From NCBI GenBank assembly GCA_963717935.1, contig CAVQXP010000004.1, forward strand, positions 448,001 to 512,000: a stretch of DNA of 64,000 bases. The letters are read 5' to 3'. The notes under the pieces are model-generated. The model saw only the letters and a list, made by a program, of their open reading frames with translations. It was not told the origin of the DNA and did no database searches. Of this stretch, positions 30,712 to 41,487 are shown one piece after another (position 1 is the first letter of the stretch; every line of letters begins with the position of its first letter). The translations under genes and the position numbers were made by a program. The DNA comes from Candidatus Eiseniibacteriota bacterium. Its GTDB lineage: Bacteria; Eisenbacteria; RBG-16-71-46.

Positions 30712-31557
30712 ATGTCTCGCCGAAACAGCACCGGCGCACGGCTCCGCGCGCTCGCGCGGGCCCTGGGGGTCCTGTCCATCGCCCTGCTCCCTGCCACCGT
30801 CGCGGCGCACTCCGACGCCCGATGGAAGCGCTTCGGCGGCGAGTTCAAGCTCACCGAGCCGACGCCCCTGGCCGAGTTGGCCGCTCACCCCGAGAGATAC
30901 TTCAACCGCCAGGTGCGGATCGAGGGCGTCATCGCCTCGGCCTGCACCAACGAAGGGTGCTTCATCGAGGTCGTCCCGGAGGGCGGGGGCGAGGGCGTCG
31001 TGGTCAACTTCCCCGAGTTGACGCAGCTCTTCCCCACGAGGTGCGCCGGCGCACGCGCCATCGTCGAGGGCCTGTTCTACCAGAAGGTCTATCCCGCCGC
31101 GCGCCTGCTTCACTGGCAGGGCCATTCATTCCACGCGGGCCAGCCGATGCCCGACTTCGCGCTCATCCGGCGGATCGGCGCGACCGCGGTCCGCATCACC
31201 GACGAGACGGGGGCCCCGCCGGCGCCGGGCGAGATCGCCCGGGCGCAGACGGACCGGCTCGATCTCGGCGCGGTGGAATTCGAAGCGGAGGGATTCGGCG
31301 TCGGACGGAAGTGGCTTCAGCCGGGCGACAGCACCGAGTCCCACGGCACGGGGAACAATCGCGAGATCGTCATCTGCCTGGAGGGGAAGCTCGCGGTGCT
31401 CAGGCCCGGAGCCCCCCCGGTCGTCCTGCTGCCGGGGGAGATGACCTATCTCGCGCCGGAGACACGACACGGACTGAAGAACCCGGCCGACCGGCCGGCC
31501 GCCTACGTGTTCGTGTTCTCGCGAAGGATCGAGCCCGAGAAGCCGCACGAGCACTGA
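30712..31557 (+). CDS. Secreted DUF4920-like OB-fold + cupin fusion
   Basis: Signal peptide; VRIEGVI..AC...GCFI; cupin H.....EIVICLEG..GEMTY.P...HGLKN. Confidence 0.7.
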   Translation: MSRRNSTGARLRALARALGVLSIALLPATVAAHSDARWKRFGGEFKLTEPTPLAELAAHPERYFNRQVRIEGVIASACTNEGCFIEVVPEGGGEGVVVNFPELTQLFPTRCAGARAIVEGLFYQKVYPAARLLHWQGHSFHAGQPMPDFALIRRIGATAVRITDETGAPPAPGEIARAQTDRLDLGAVEFEAEGFGVGRKWLQPGDSTESHGTGNNREIVICLEGKLAVLRPGAPPVVLLPGEMTYLAPETRHGLKNPADRPAAYVFVFSRRIEPEKPHEH

Positions 31558-31681
31558 CCTCTGACGCCGCGCAGACAGGGCGCCGGCGCGCGACCCGACG
31601 CCTGCGCTGGCCGGGAGGATCCATGACCCGCGGCAAGCGCGATCCGGACCGCGGACCGCCGCGGGTCATGGATCGTCCCGG

Positions 31682-32228
31682 CTAGAGCCCCTCCTCCTTC
31701 TCGTCGTCGCTGCCGTCGTCCTCCTCCTCCGGCGGCAGCTCGTCGCTGACGCGGCCGTGGCGGAAGATCTCGGCCCACTCCTCGACCTCCTTCTTCGAGA
31801 GCGTGACCGGCTTCTCGGGATGCTCCGGCGAGACCGGGCCCAGCACGCTGGCCAGGAACAGGTCCGAGAGCGAGACGTCCGCGCCCATGGCGCGAGCGTG
31901 GCGCGCGACCTCGAGGTCCGCGGTCACCACGGTGATCCGCTCGACCCACCTCATCTGCTCCTCGACCAGCTCGCGGATCACGTCGTCGGCTGTCTTCGGC
32001 GGCCGCGAGTAGCGCACCTCGACGCGGCCCTGGCGCTCGTCGGAGACGACTGCCCTCGGCGCCATCGAAGACCACGACGAACTTCGCGTCCCCCGAGCCC
32101 ACCGCCCACGACAGCAGGTTCACGAGCTTCTCGCGGGCCTGGCGCAGGGTGCGCTCCGCCCCCGGCCGCAACGCCGCCGAGCGGTGAATGAGGTTGTAGC
32201 CGTCCACGATGATGAGGCGGTCGCCCAT
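31682..32228 (-). CDS. NYN/PIN domain protein (YacP-like); frameshift near 32060
   Basis: IIVDGYNL, VVFDG, TADDVI, VVTAD. Confidence 0.8.
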
Positions 32229-32416
32229 GGCGCGCTCCGGGAAGAGGGCAATCGGAGGATCGCAGCCCCGGACTATAGCGCAGAGCAGAGGCGCCCGGAC
32301 AGGCGCGGCGTGACTACGCGGCCGTCTCCCGGCCGGCGAACGAGCGCCGCACCCGGGGCCGCGCGACGACCCGGTGCGCCTTCCCCGGGTCGCGCGCGGT
32401 CCCGGCCGGTCCGCCG

Positions 32417-33662
32417 CTACTCGCCGCCCGACGCCGTGTGCCGGATGGTCCCGTTGTCACCCACCACCCAACCCCGCAGCGCGTCCACGAAGAACACTCC
32501 GCGCAGCCGGAACTGGCTGTTCGCGACCTGGGGGATCCAGGTCGCGCCATCATCCGGACTGTGCAGCACGAATCCGGCGGTGCCATTCCAGCCGACGGCG
32601 TAGCTCGCCGATGCGCTCCCGGCGCACACGCCCTCGAGCTGATACAAGTTGCCCACGTTCGCCAGCGTCCACGCCACCGAGTCCGGCGTGGCCGAGGTGC
32701 CCGGCACGACGCCCTGTGCGCCCACGGCCACGGCGCGCTCGACACTGCGGCGCCACACGGCCTTGAGCGCCTCGCCCGTGATGGACGGCTGCACGATGAA
32801 CCACGAGACGCCGCGATCGTGAGTGCCGACGATGATGCCGCCATCGCCCACGGCCCACCCGTCCTTCGTCCCGGCGAACATGACGCCGTTGAGCGTCACG
32901 CCGCCGCGGTTGACCTTGTTCCACGTCGCCCCGCGGTCGTAGGTGGCCATGAGCAGGCCGTTCCCGCCGACCACCCAGCCGGTGTCGCGCGTGGCAAAGT
33001 AGACGTCCATCAGGTTCTCGCCGCGTGGCCGGGCTGGTGAGGCGGGTCCAGGTCGAGCCGGCATTCAGCGTGTGGAGCACGGTGCCGCTGTGCGCCCACG
33101 GCCCAGCCCTCCTCCGCGCTCGTGAACCAGACGCCGCGCAACGTGAAGGTGGTCGGCGTGCGGCGCGTCCAGGTAGCGCCCGCGTCGGGGGTCGTGAGCA
33201 CGACGCCACCGGAGCCCACGGCCCAGCCGAGGCGGCCGGCTCCGTCGAAGAAGACGTCGTACAGGTCCTCGATGGCATTGCCCGTCTGGACGACCCAGCC
33301 CGTGGACCCGGGGTAGACCGCCAGGTACGCGGTGTCGGCCTGGCCGCCACCCGCGACGACGAGCAGGGCGGTGCCTTCGCCAAGGGCGCGTCACGAGGCC
33401 GGTGGCGGTGACGGTGAACACGCTCCCGATCGCTCGAGGTCCAGCTGAGCGGGCCCGTGTAGGGGTCGCCAGCCGTGTCCACGGCCGTGGCCGTGAACTG
33501 GCGCGTCTCGCCCACGACGAGCGTGTCGACGTGCACGGACAGCGTCACGGACGAGAGTGGCGGGACGACGATGGGGGCGACCAGGGTCGTGGTCTTCCCG
33601 CAGCCCGCCAGGAGAACCAGCAGGCCGAAGAGGGGCATCAGGCGCTTGAGGGTCGGGTTCAT
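32417..33662 (-). CDS. Lipoprotein with Big_2 Ig domain and YCF48/BNR propeller; frameshifts
   Basis: LLAGC lipobox; GETRQFTATA..WTSSD; repeated GWAVG..G.....T.D.G.TW. Confidence 0.8.
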
Positions 33663-33730
33663 GGTCTCACCGCGGGTTCGGGAGACACGAGGCGAACGGA
33701 CGGGCCGCCGCCGGGACCTACCTTCGGGTT

Positions 33731-33744
33731 GCAATTTCAGGGCC
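33731..33744 (-). promoter_or_regulatory. Sigma54-type promoter
   Basis: Minus strand GGCCCTGAAATTGC(A), 69 bp before ATG. Confidence 0.55.
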
Positions 33745-33957
33745 GGACACCTCCGTTGCAGGCGCGGGAGTTAGCGTCCCGCCACGATGCAGGATGCGCG
33801 CGGGCCGCATCGTTTCTGCGCAGTCCAGCGCGCGCTGGTCTGCCTCGCCCGGCCGCGGACCCCGGCCTTGAGCCGCGGGCCGGGTTCTTCTAGGCTACTC
33901 CATCCGCACCGCACTTTCCCCTCCCTATCGGGACGCAGCCCGCCCTGGAGACTCCTG

Positions 33958-34909
33958 ATGCTCGAAGTCCGCGACATCGTCAAGACCTTCGATGGCCGGG
34001 CGGTCGTGAACCACGTGTCGTTCGAGGTCCGGCCGGGCGAGATCTTCGCCCTGCTGGGACCCAACGGCGCCGGCAAGACGACGCTCATCCGCATGATCAC
34101 CGACATCCTCAAGCCCGACTCGGGCGAGATCGTCCTCGACGGCAGCCGCGTCGGCGGCGATTCGCGGCGGCAGATCGCCTACCTGCCCGAGGAGCGCGGC
34201 CTGTACCGGCGCGTCTCGCCGATCGACGTGCTGGTCTACTACGGGGAACTCAAGGGCCTCTCCGCGCATGCGGCACGCTCCGCCGGGCTCGCCCTGCTCG
34301 AGCGGATGGAGCTCGCAGCGTGGGCCACGAAGCAGGTGCAGACGCTGTCGAAGGGCATGCAGCAGAAGGTGCAGTTCTGCACGGCGCTCATCGGCGAACC
34401 CCGCCTCCTGATCCTGGACGAGCCCTTCACCGGCCTCGACCCGCTCAACACGCAACTCTTCGAGGAGATCCTCGCCGAGCGCCGCGCCGCGGGCAGCACG
34501 GTGCTGCTCTCGACCCACCAGATGAACAAGGTCGAGGAGTTGTGCGACCGCGCGCTGATGATCAACCGCGGGCACATGGTGCTGTACGGGTCGGTGCGCG
34601 AATTCCGCCGCCAGTACGCGGATCACGCCGTGATGGTGCGCTGCGACCGGCGCCCGGACACCGTGACCGGCGTCCACCGCATCGAGCCCGTGGATGGTGA
34701 ATGGAAGCTCATGCTCGAGCCTTCCGTCAGCCCGCCAGTCGGTGCTGCGGGATCTGGTGGCTTCCGGGCTGGGGATCGAGTCGTTCTCGATCGCGAACCT
34801 GCCGCTCGAGGACGTCTTCGTACGGGTCGTCCGCGAGGGCCTCGGTCTCGACCACGGCCAGAGCGGGCCCACCGGGCCGGAGCCGGCCACGAAGGGCGGT
34901 GCGCGATGA
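33958..34909 (+). CDS. ABC transporter ATP-binding protein (NatA-like); frameshift near 34735
   Basis: GPNGAGKT, YLPEERGLY, LSKGMQQK, ILDEPF, STH; tail LEDVFVRVV in second frame. Confidence 0.9.
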
Positions 34910-36201
34910 CGCTCTCCTGGAGACGCGCCCTGATCGTGGCGCGGCGCGAGTACCTGACCGCGGTGAGACGGAAGGCGTTCCTCTTCACGCTCATCGCGGT
35001 GCCACTGTACTTCGGCGGAGTCATGGCCCTGGCCACGCGCGGCCAGACGTCGACCCGGCGTGATTCCCTGCGTTCCTTCACCCGGCTGGGCGTCGTGGAC
35101 TCCTCGGGGCTCTACGCCGGCCGCCACGCGCACCCTCACCACCAGCATGGCCGTGGACCCGACCGGCGACCCCGCGGAGCGCGAGACCTATCGCACCGAC
35201 GTGGTGTTCTACGCGGACCAGCAGAGCCTCGAGCGGGCGCTGCGCTCCGGCGAGGTCCCGCAGGCCCTCGTCATCTCCGCGGACTACCTGGCCTCCGGCG
35301 CACTGCGCCGCTACTCGCGCGTGGACGGCATCTTCACCTCGAACTCGGCCCAGCGCTCGATCGAGCGTTGGCTCGCACGCAACCTCCTGGCCGGACGGGC
35401 CGACTCGCTGCGCGTCGAGCGCGCCACGCATCCGTCCCTCTCGATGAGCCGACGACTACACCCTCAGCAAGGCGGGCAAATTCGAGAGCAAGAACGACCG
35501 GCGCGAGATGCTGGAGTTCATGGTCCCGTTCATGTTCTCGATCCTGCTGGGCATGTGCATCATCACCGGCGGCCAGTACCTGCTGCAGGGCGTGAGCGAG
35601 GAGAAGGAGTCGCGCATCCTCGAGTCGCTGCTCTGCGCGCTCTCCCCGGAGGACCTGCTGGCCGGGAAGCTGCTGGGCCTGGGCGCCACCGGGCTCACGC
35701 TCGTGGGCGTGTGGATGGGCGCGGGCGTGGCCCTGGGCGGACCGATGATGGCGCTGGCGGACGTGCAGCTGCCGCCCGCGCTGCTCGCGCTCGCGGTCGT
35801 GTACTTCCTGCTCGGGTACCTGTTCTACGCCGGCCTGATGACCGGGATCGGAGCGGTCACGAACAACATGCGCGAGGCGCAGCAGTTCGCGATGATGTTC
35901 ACGTTCGCGAACTTCGTGCCCTTCATCCTGCTGACCACCCTCCTGTCGAAGCCGGACGGGCCCCTGGCCGTCGGCCTCTCGCTGTTCCCGCCCGACCGCG
36001 TCCACCACCATGATGCTGCGGCTGGGCACCGCGTCGGCCAACGTCCCGGCCTGGCAGATCGCCACGTCGCTCGCGTTGCTCGCGCTCGCGGGCTGGCTGG
36101 TGCTGCGCGGCGCCGCGCGGGTGTTCCGCATCGGGCTGCTGATGACCGGCAAGACGCCGAACCTGCCCGAGATCTGGCGCTGGGCTCGCGCCGGCAAGTG
36201 A
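34906..36201 (+). CDS. ABC-2 permease (NatB-like); frameshifts
   Basis: ATGA overlap; IVARREY..VRRKAF; VSEEKESRILESLL, LLAGKLLG, ARVFRIGLLM.GK. Confidence 0.85.
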
Positions 36202-36407
36202 GCGGCGGCAGCGCTGCCGCTGCGGCAGGTGGCCGGGAGACGCGGGGCGGCGGACCAGCAGGCTGGAGCCTGGCCGCGGGACACCGCCCCGGTCCGTCCC
36301 GGCCCTCGATCGCTTCCCCTTTTCAATGGGACTTTCGTAGCCCCGTCATGGCATTTCGGAAGGGCACGGGGGGTGGGAGCACGCAATTCGCGAAGGCCAC
36401 TTTGTCC

Positions 36408-36437
36408 TTGGCGACACCGCCCCATCGTTGAGACAAT
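36408..36437 (+). promoter_or_regulatory. Sigma70-type promoter of candidate ncRNA
   Basis: TTGGCG, 18 bp, GACAAT preceded by TGn; no co-oriented CDS downstream. Confidence 0.5.
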
Positions 36438-36443
36438 TAGATA

Positions 36444-36713
36444 GGTGTCCTTGGGACCCGGGTGTCCCCTGGCTCACCTCTTGCGTTTGGCAGACGCGGG
36501 AGGCTGGACTCGGGTCCGGTCTTTCAAGGCAAGTTCACGAGCCGCCACGGGCAGGTAAGCCGGGTCCGCAAGACCCCCTGCCACGCGACGGGGTGGGAGT
36601 CGAGGCGTACGGCGATCAAGCGCTGTCGCCCCCGCTTCCCTCATGAACGACGCGGGCGGCTGCCTGCCCGCGAGCAAACGGGATCGCCCGGGTGTCCCCC
36701 GGGCGTTTTCGTT
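36444..36713 (+). ncRNA. Candidate structured ncRNA (~270 nt), family unknown
   Basis: Promoter, nested helices and intrinsic terminator between convergent genes. Confidence 0.5.
36685..36713 (+). terminator. Intrinsic terminator
   Basis: CGCCCGGG-TGTCC-CCCGGGCG followed by TTTTCGTT. Confidence 0.75.
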
Positions 36714-36795
36714 GGGGAGGCGCCCTTCCGGGTGTGGCGGCGCGGTCGCCGCCGCCCCGCGCGTCCCCGCGCGCAGGCTCCGCGCGATGTGTCCG

Positions 36796-37413
36796 TCAGG
36801 GGCGGCGCGTGAAGCGCTGCAGGACCCCCGTCAGGCACGCCATCGCGTCGGCGGGCATGGGCGCCCGCCCCGCGCCGACGGTGCAGGGCCCCGCCACGGC
36901 GTTGAGCAGGACCAGCGGCAGGCGATCGCCGGTGCGCAGCGGCGCCCGCACCCACGGGAGCACGGCCCGCACCGCGGCCTCGGCCACCGAGGCCACGCGC
37001 GGCCGGTCCTCGGGGACGCAGACGAAGCGCGCTCCGTCCCAGCCCAGCACGGCGGCCACGCAGCTCTCGTAGATCTCGTCCCCGTCGGACGAGGTCAGCA
37101 GCGTGGCCACGCCCGGGAGGCGGACGGTGTCGTACGCGTTCGGCGGGCCCGGCTTGGGGAACGCGCCTCGATGCGCCGCGAACGGGGAGACCCGCCGGCG
37201 AACCGGCATCCCCGCGACCAGGCGTGAGCCCGCCAGGCGCCTGGTCCGCAGCTCGCCGTCCGTCGCCGCGACGCCGTAGATCCCCGGCGTGGCCACCCGG
37301 GCGAAGCGCCGGAATCCGGCCTGGACCTCCGGACCCTCGGGCGCAAGCCGCTCCGCATGGAAGTCGTGGAGCACCACGCCCGCATCGGTCACCCGCAGCG
37401 TCGTGTACCTCAA
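36796..37413 (-). CDS. Short aminotransferase class IV-like protein (PabC-like)
   Basis: YTTLRV..DFHAERL, K in FPKPG, DGDEIYES..A, LLNAV; TTG overlaps pabB-like stop. Confidence 0.6.
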   Translation of the reverse strand: MRYTTLRVTDAGVVLHDFHAERLAPEGPEVQAGFRRFARVATPGIYGVAATDGELRTRRLAGSRLVAGMPVRRRVSPFAAHRGAFPKPGPPNAYDTVRLPGVATLLTSSDGDEIYESCVAAVLGWDGARFVCVPEDRPRVASVAEAAVRAVLPWVRAPLRTGDRLPLVLLNAVAGPCTVGAGRAPMPADAMACLTGVLQRFTRRP

Positions 37414-38393
37414 CGCAGCGCCCCCAGCTTCACGTGCAATTCCTCGAGCTCGAGGCCCGGGTCCGAATCGTGGACGATGCCGCCACCGACGCCGTAGACC
37501 CAGCCCACGGCGTCGCGGGTGGCGGTGCGGATGAGCAGGCTCATGGTCGTGCGCCCGCCAGCGTCGAAGCCGAGGGCGCCACAGTACGCGCCCCGCGGCG
37601 AGCGCTCGAGCCGGTCGATCATGGCCCCGGCCGCCCGCTTGGGCGCGCCCGTGACGGAGCCGCCCGGGTGCAGCGCGGCGAGCGCATCGAGCGCAGTCAG
37701 GCCGGGCAGCAGCTCGCCTTCGACGTCACTCACCGTCTGCGTCGCATAGGGCAGCGGGACGAAGCGGCGCTCGGCGCGCACCGCGACGCTCCGCGGCCGG
37801 CACAGCGGCGTGAGGTCGTGGCGCACGAGATCCGTGATCATGGCCAGCTCGGCGCGATCCTTCTCGCTCGCCGCGAGCGCTGCGGCATCGTGGGGGCCCA
37901 CGGTGCCCTTCATCGGCTCCGAGCGGATCCTCCCGCCATCGATCTCGAAGAGCAGTTCCGGGGAAGCCGAGACGAACTCCACGCCGCCGGGCAGACGGAC
38001 CCACGCGGCGAAGCGAGGCAGGCCGCGCGCCGCCATCCGGGCGAGCAGCGAGGCTCCGGCCACCGGCGCGAGGCGCGCGCGCACCGTGAGACATACCTGG
38101 TAGACATCGCCCGCGGCGATGGCCTCCCGGATCTCCTCCACGGCTTCGGCGTACCCGGCGACATCGAGCCGCGGTTCGAGGACGGCCGCAGGAGGCAGTT
38201 CGAGCGCGGCCACGGGCTGGACCTCCCCGTCCAGGAGCAGGGCGTCGCGGCCATGGGTCTCGTACGGGGCGAAGAGGAGCCGCGGGGCGCGCGACGTCGG
38301 ACGAAGACCCGTGAGCAGCAGGGCCTCGCCCCCACCGAAGCCCGGCCCCAGAAAGGCGAACGCCGGCAGGCTCTCGAGGTCGACGAGCCTCAT
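37410..38393 (-). CDS. Chorismate-binding enzyme (PabB/TrpE-like), compact
   Basis: AIAAGDVYQV, SASPELL, PMKGT, KDRAELAMITDLVR, GSVTGAPK, RGAYCG, GGGIV.DS. Confidence 0.85.
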   Translation of the reverse strand: MRLVDLESLPAFAFLGPGFGGGEALLLTGLRPTSRAPRLLFAPYETHGRDALLLDGEVQPVAALELPPAAVLEPRLDVAGYAEAVEEIREAIAAGDVYQVCLTVRARLAPVAGASLLARMAARGLPRFAAWVRLPGGVEFVSASPELLFEIDGGRIRSEPMKGTVGPHDAAALAASEKDRAELAMITDLVRHDLTPLCRPRSVAVRAERRFVPLPYATQTVSDVEGELLPGLTALDALAALHPGGSVTGAPKRAAGAMIDRLERSPRGAYCGALGFDAGGRTTMSLLIRTATRDAVGWVYGVGGGIVHDSDPGLELEELHVKLGALR

Positions 38394-38953
38394 GCGAGCC
38401 CCCGGAAGAAGGCCTCGATCATCTCCGCCCCTCGGGGCGTCGCGAACGAGTCGGGATGGAACTGCAGACCGGCCAGGGAGAGCTCCACGTGCTCCACGGC
38501 CATGACGACGCCGTCCTCGCTGGTCGCGACCACGCGGAGCGGGGCCGCGACGTCGGCGAGCGCCAGGGAGTGGTAGCGCATCACCGTCTGGGGGCCGGCG
38601 AACGCGGCGAAGAGACGCGCGCCCGTGAAGGATGCGACCGAGCGTTTCCCGTGGCGGGGCGGCGTGCGCACGAGTCGCGCCCCGAAGGCCAGCCCGATGG
38701 CCTGATGTCCGAGGCAGATGCCGAGCGTGGGGAGCCGCCGCGCCGCCGCCGCGCGGACCACGCCGACCAGGCCGGTGCGTTCCGGGTCCGTCGGCCCCGG
38801 GCCGATGACGAGCACGTCCGCGCCCGCAAGCCGGTCCGGGTGCGCCGCGACCTCGCGCCCGGGGACGACCACCACCTCGTCCCGCGCGCACGGCAGCCGG
38901 TCGATCACGTTCCACGAGAACGAATCCTCGTTTTCCAGGAAGAGCACACGCAT
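38390..38953 (-). CDS. Glutamine amidotransferase (PabA/TrpG)
   Basis: NEDSFSWN, GPGP, GICLGHQ, RYHSL, QFHPDS. Confidence 0.9.
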   Translation of the reverse strand: MRVLFLENEDSFSWNVIDRLPCARDEVVVVPGREVAAHPDRLAGADVLVIGPGPTDPERTGLVGVVRAAAARRLPTLGICLGHQAIGLAFGARLVRTPPRHGKRSVASFTGARLFAAFAGPQTVMRYHSLALADVAAPLRVVATSEDGVVMAVEHVELSLAGLQFHPDSFATPRGAEMIEAFFRGLA

Positions 38954-39072
38954 GGGACAGAAGGGAAGCGCAAGACGGGGCCACGCACAAGCCCGCGGCC
39001 GGGCCTCCCGGGCCAGGCCCGGTCCGCCCCGCGCTTGCGCCCTCGCGCCCGACCCCGCACAATCGCGGTGCG

Positions 39073-40797
39073 ATGCGCTCCCTGCGACTCGGCCTGGCCC
39101 AGTTCAACCCGACGGTCGGCGACCTCGACGGCAACTTCGAGCGGATCGTCGCCGCGATCGGGCGCGCCCGCGCCCTGGGCGTGGAGGTTCTGGCCTTTCC
39201 CGAGCTGGCGATCACCGGCTACCCGCCCGAGGACCTGCTGCTCAATCCCTCGTTCGTCGAACGGGCCGTGCAACGCACGCGCGACCTCGTCCCCCATTCG
39301 GCGGGCATGACCCTCGTCGTGGGCACCGTGGAGCGCGAGGCGGAGCAGTTCGACGCGGCCGCGGTGCTGCACGACGGCCACTGGGCCGGTGTCTACCACA
39401 AGCACCATCTGCCCAACTACGGCGTCTTCGACGAGAAGCGCTACTTCGCCCCGGGCCGCGGGAACATGGTGTTCGTGCGCGACGGCGTGACGCTCGGCGT
39501 GAGCATCTGCGAGGACATCTGGTTCCCGGGTGGGCCGATCGAGGAGCAGGCGGGGCGCGGCGGCGCCGAGGTCCTGCTCAACCTGTCGGCTTCGCCCTAC
39601 CATGCGGGCAAGGCCGGCGCGCGCCAACGCATGCTGTGCGCCCGCGCCACCGACCACCGCGCGATCGTCGCCTACGTGAACCTGGTGGGCGGGCAGGACG
39701 AGGTGCTCCACGACGGCGCGAGCCTGATCCTCGGGCCCCGGGGCGAGGTGCTGGCCGAGGGCGCGATGTTCGAGGAGGACCTGATCGTCGCCGACCTCGA
39801 TCTGGACGTTGTCTCCGACGCCCGGCGGAGCGCTCCGCCGACGCCCGGGGAACGGGCGGCGCGGGGCGCCGAGGAGCTGCCGCGCGTCCCGCTGGCCGCC
39901 CCGGCCGCGGCCGCGAAGCCCGCATTGCCGGCGCGCCCGGCCCCGGCCGCGCGTGATCTCGAGGCCGAGGTGTACGACGCGCTGGTCCTCGCCACGCGCG
40001 ACTACGTGCGCAAGAACGGCTTCGACACGGCGGTGCTCGGGCTCTCCGGGGGCATCGATTCGGCGCTCTGCGCCTGCATCGCCGCCGACGCGCTCGGCCC
40101 GCAACAGGTCGTGGGCGTGAGCATGCCGGGCCCCTACAGCGCGGGCTTCTCCCGTGAGGACGCCGAGGCGCTGTGCCGGGCGCTCGGCCTGCGCTTCTAC
40201 GTGATCCCGATCGTGGACGTGTTCGAGTCCTACGGCCGCGCGCTGGCGCCGGCCTTCGCGGGCCGCGCGAGCGACACCACCGAGGAGAACCTGCAGGCGC
40301 GCATCCGCGGCAACTACCTGATGGCGCTGTCGAACAAGTACGGCTGGCTCGTGCTCACGACCGGCAACAAGAGCGAGACCTCGGTGGGCTACAGCACGCT
40401 GTACGGCGACACGGCGGGCGGCTTCGCGGTGCTGAAGGACGTCTACAAGACCATGGTCTACCGGCTCGCGCGGCACCGCAACGGGCGTTCGGCCGTGATC
40501 CCCGAGCGCACGTTCACGCGCCCGCCCACGGCCGAGCTCAGGCCCGATCAGACCGACCAGGACACGCTCCCGCCCTACGAGGCGCTCGACGCGATCCTCG
40601 AGGCCTACGTCGAGGAGGACTGCTCGGTGGCCGAGATGGTGGCCGCGGGCCACGACGAGGCGAGGGTGCGCCGAGTGATGCGCCTGGTGGACGCGGCCGA
40701 GTACAAGCGCCGCCAGAGCCCGCCGGGCGTGAAGATCACGCCGCGCGCCTTCGGCCGCGACCGGCGGCTCCCGATCACGAACCGCTGGCGGGGTTAG
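39073..40797 (+). CDS. nadE: Glutamine-dependent NAD+ synthetase
   Basis: FPEL..GYPPEDL, LPNYGVFDEKRYF, ICEDIW; SGGIDS, ENLQARIRG, TGNKSE, EYKRRQ. Confidence 0.95.
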   Translation: MRSLRLGLAQFNPTVGDLDGNFERIVAAIGRARALGVEVLAFPELAITGYPPEDLLLNPSFVERAVQRTRDLVPHSAGMTLVVGTVEREAEQFDAAAVLHDGHWAGVYHKHHLPNYGVFDEKRYFAPGRGNMVFVRDGVTLGVSICEDIWFPGGPIEEQAGRGGAEVLLNLSASPYHAGKAGARQRMLCARATDHRAIVAYVNLVGGQDEVLHDGASLILGPRGEVLAEGAMFEEDLIVADLDLDVVSDARRSAPPTPGERAARGAEELPRVPLAAPAAAAKPALPARPAPAARDLEAEVYDALVLATRDYVRKNGFDTAVLGLSGGIDSALCACIAADALGPQQVVGVSMPGPYSAGFSREDAEALCRALGLRFYVIPIVDVFESYGRALAPAFAGRASDTTEENLQARIRGNYLMALSNKYGWLVLTTGNKSETSVGYSTLYGDTAGGFAVLKDVYKTMVYRLARHRNGRSAVIPERTFTRPPTAELRPDQTDQDTLPPYEALDAILEAYVEEDCSVAEMVAAGHDEARVRRVMRLVDAAEYKRRQSPPGVKITPRAFGRDRRLPITNRWRG

Positions 40798-40926
40798 CGC
40801 GACTCGCGTTCGGGGGTCGGAGCGGCCCGGGCACGCCCTCCCGCACTCCACCGCGCGCGAGAGCCTGTCCCCGGACAAGCGAAACGCCGGACGGGTCGTC
40901 CCGTCCGGCGTCCGGCCTCCTGCGGG

Positions 40927-41475
40927 CTACTTCCCCGCGTCGATCACCGCCACCAGGACGCCGTGATCGATGCGGAACGAATAGTCCCCGCTCGCGCCCA
41001 GGGCGTAGAGCGTGAAGACGCCGTCGCCCTTGATCTCGGTGAGCAGCGCGGTCTTGCCGCTCTGGAACAGCGCGGCCGACTGGTCCCACGTGATCCTCGT
41101 CGTCGCGCCGACGGCCAGCCGGAGAGGGCCCCACACCTTCACCGCGCCGGGCTCGGTGATGACGCTGGCCGCGTCACCGAGGTCCGTGAGGGCCGGGGTC
41201 ATCCAGAGCTCGACGCTCACCGGCGCGTCGCCGAGGTTGGTGAACTCGCCGAGGATGGCGACGTCGGACAGACCCTTCAGGTCCGACTTGTGGTCGTTGT
41301 AGGTGCCCACCGTGTTCAGGTCCACGGCGGCGCGCTGAACGTCCGCCGGGCTCGCGATCGTGACCGGATCCGGCAGATCGTAGGAGACGATGAACTGGCC
41401 GGAGACCAGGATGCAGCCGGCGGCGAGCAGCACCGCCAGCACGAGGGTCGGGATGGTCCAGCGAAGGTTTCTCAT
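40927..41475 (-). CDS. Hypothetical lipoprotein
   Basis: LAAGC lipobox; 182 aa; follows a beta-barrel gene. Confidence 0.8.
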   Translation of the reverse strand: MRNLRWTIPTLVLAVLLAAGCILVSGQFIVSYDLPDPVTIASPADVQRAAVDLNTVGTYNDHKSDLKGLSDVAILGEFTNLGDAPVSVELWMTPALTDLGDAASVITEPGAVKVWGPLRLAVGATTRITWDQSAALFQSGKTALLTEIKGDGVFTLYALGASGDYSFRIDHGVLVAVIDAGK

Positions 41476-41487
41476 GGCAGTCCCCCC

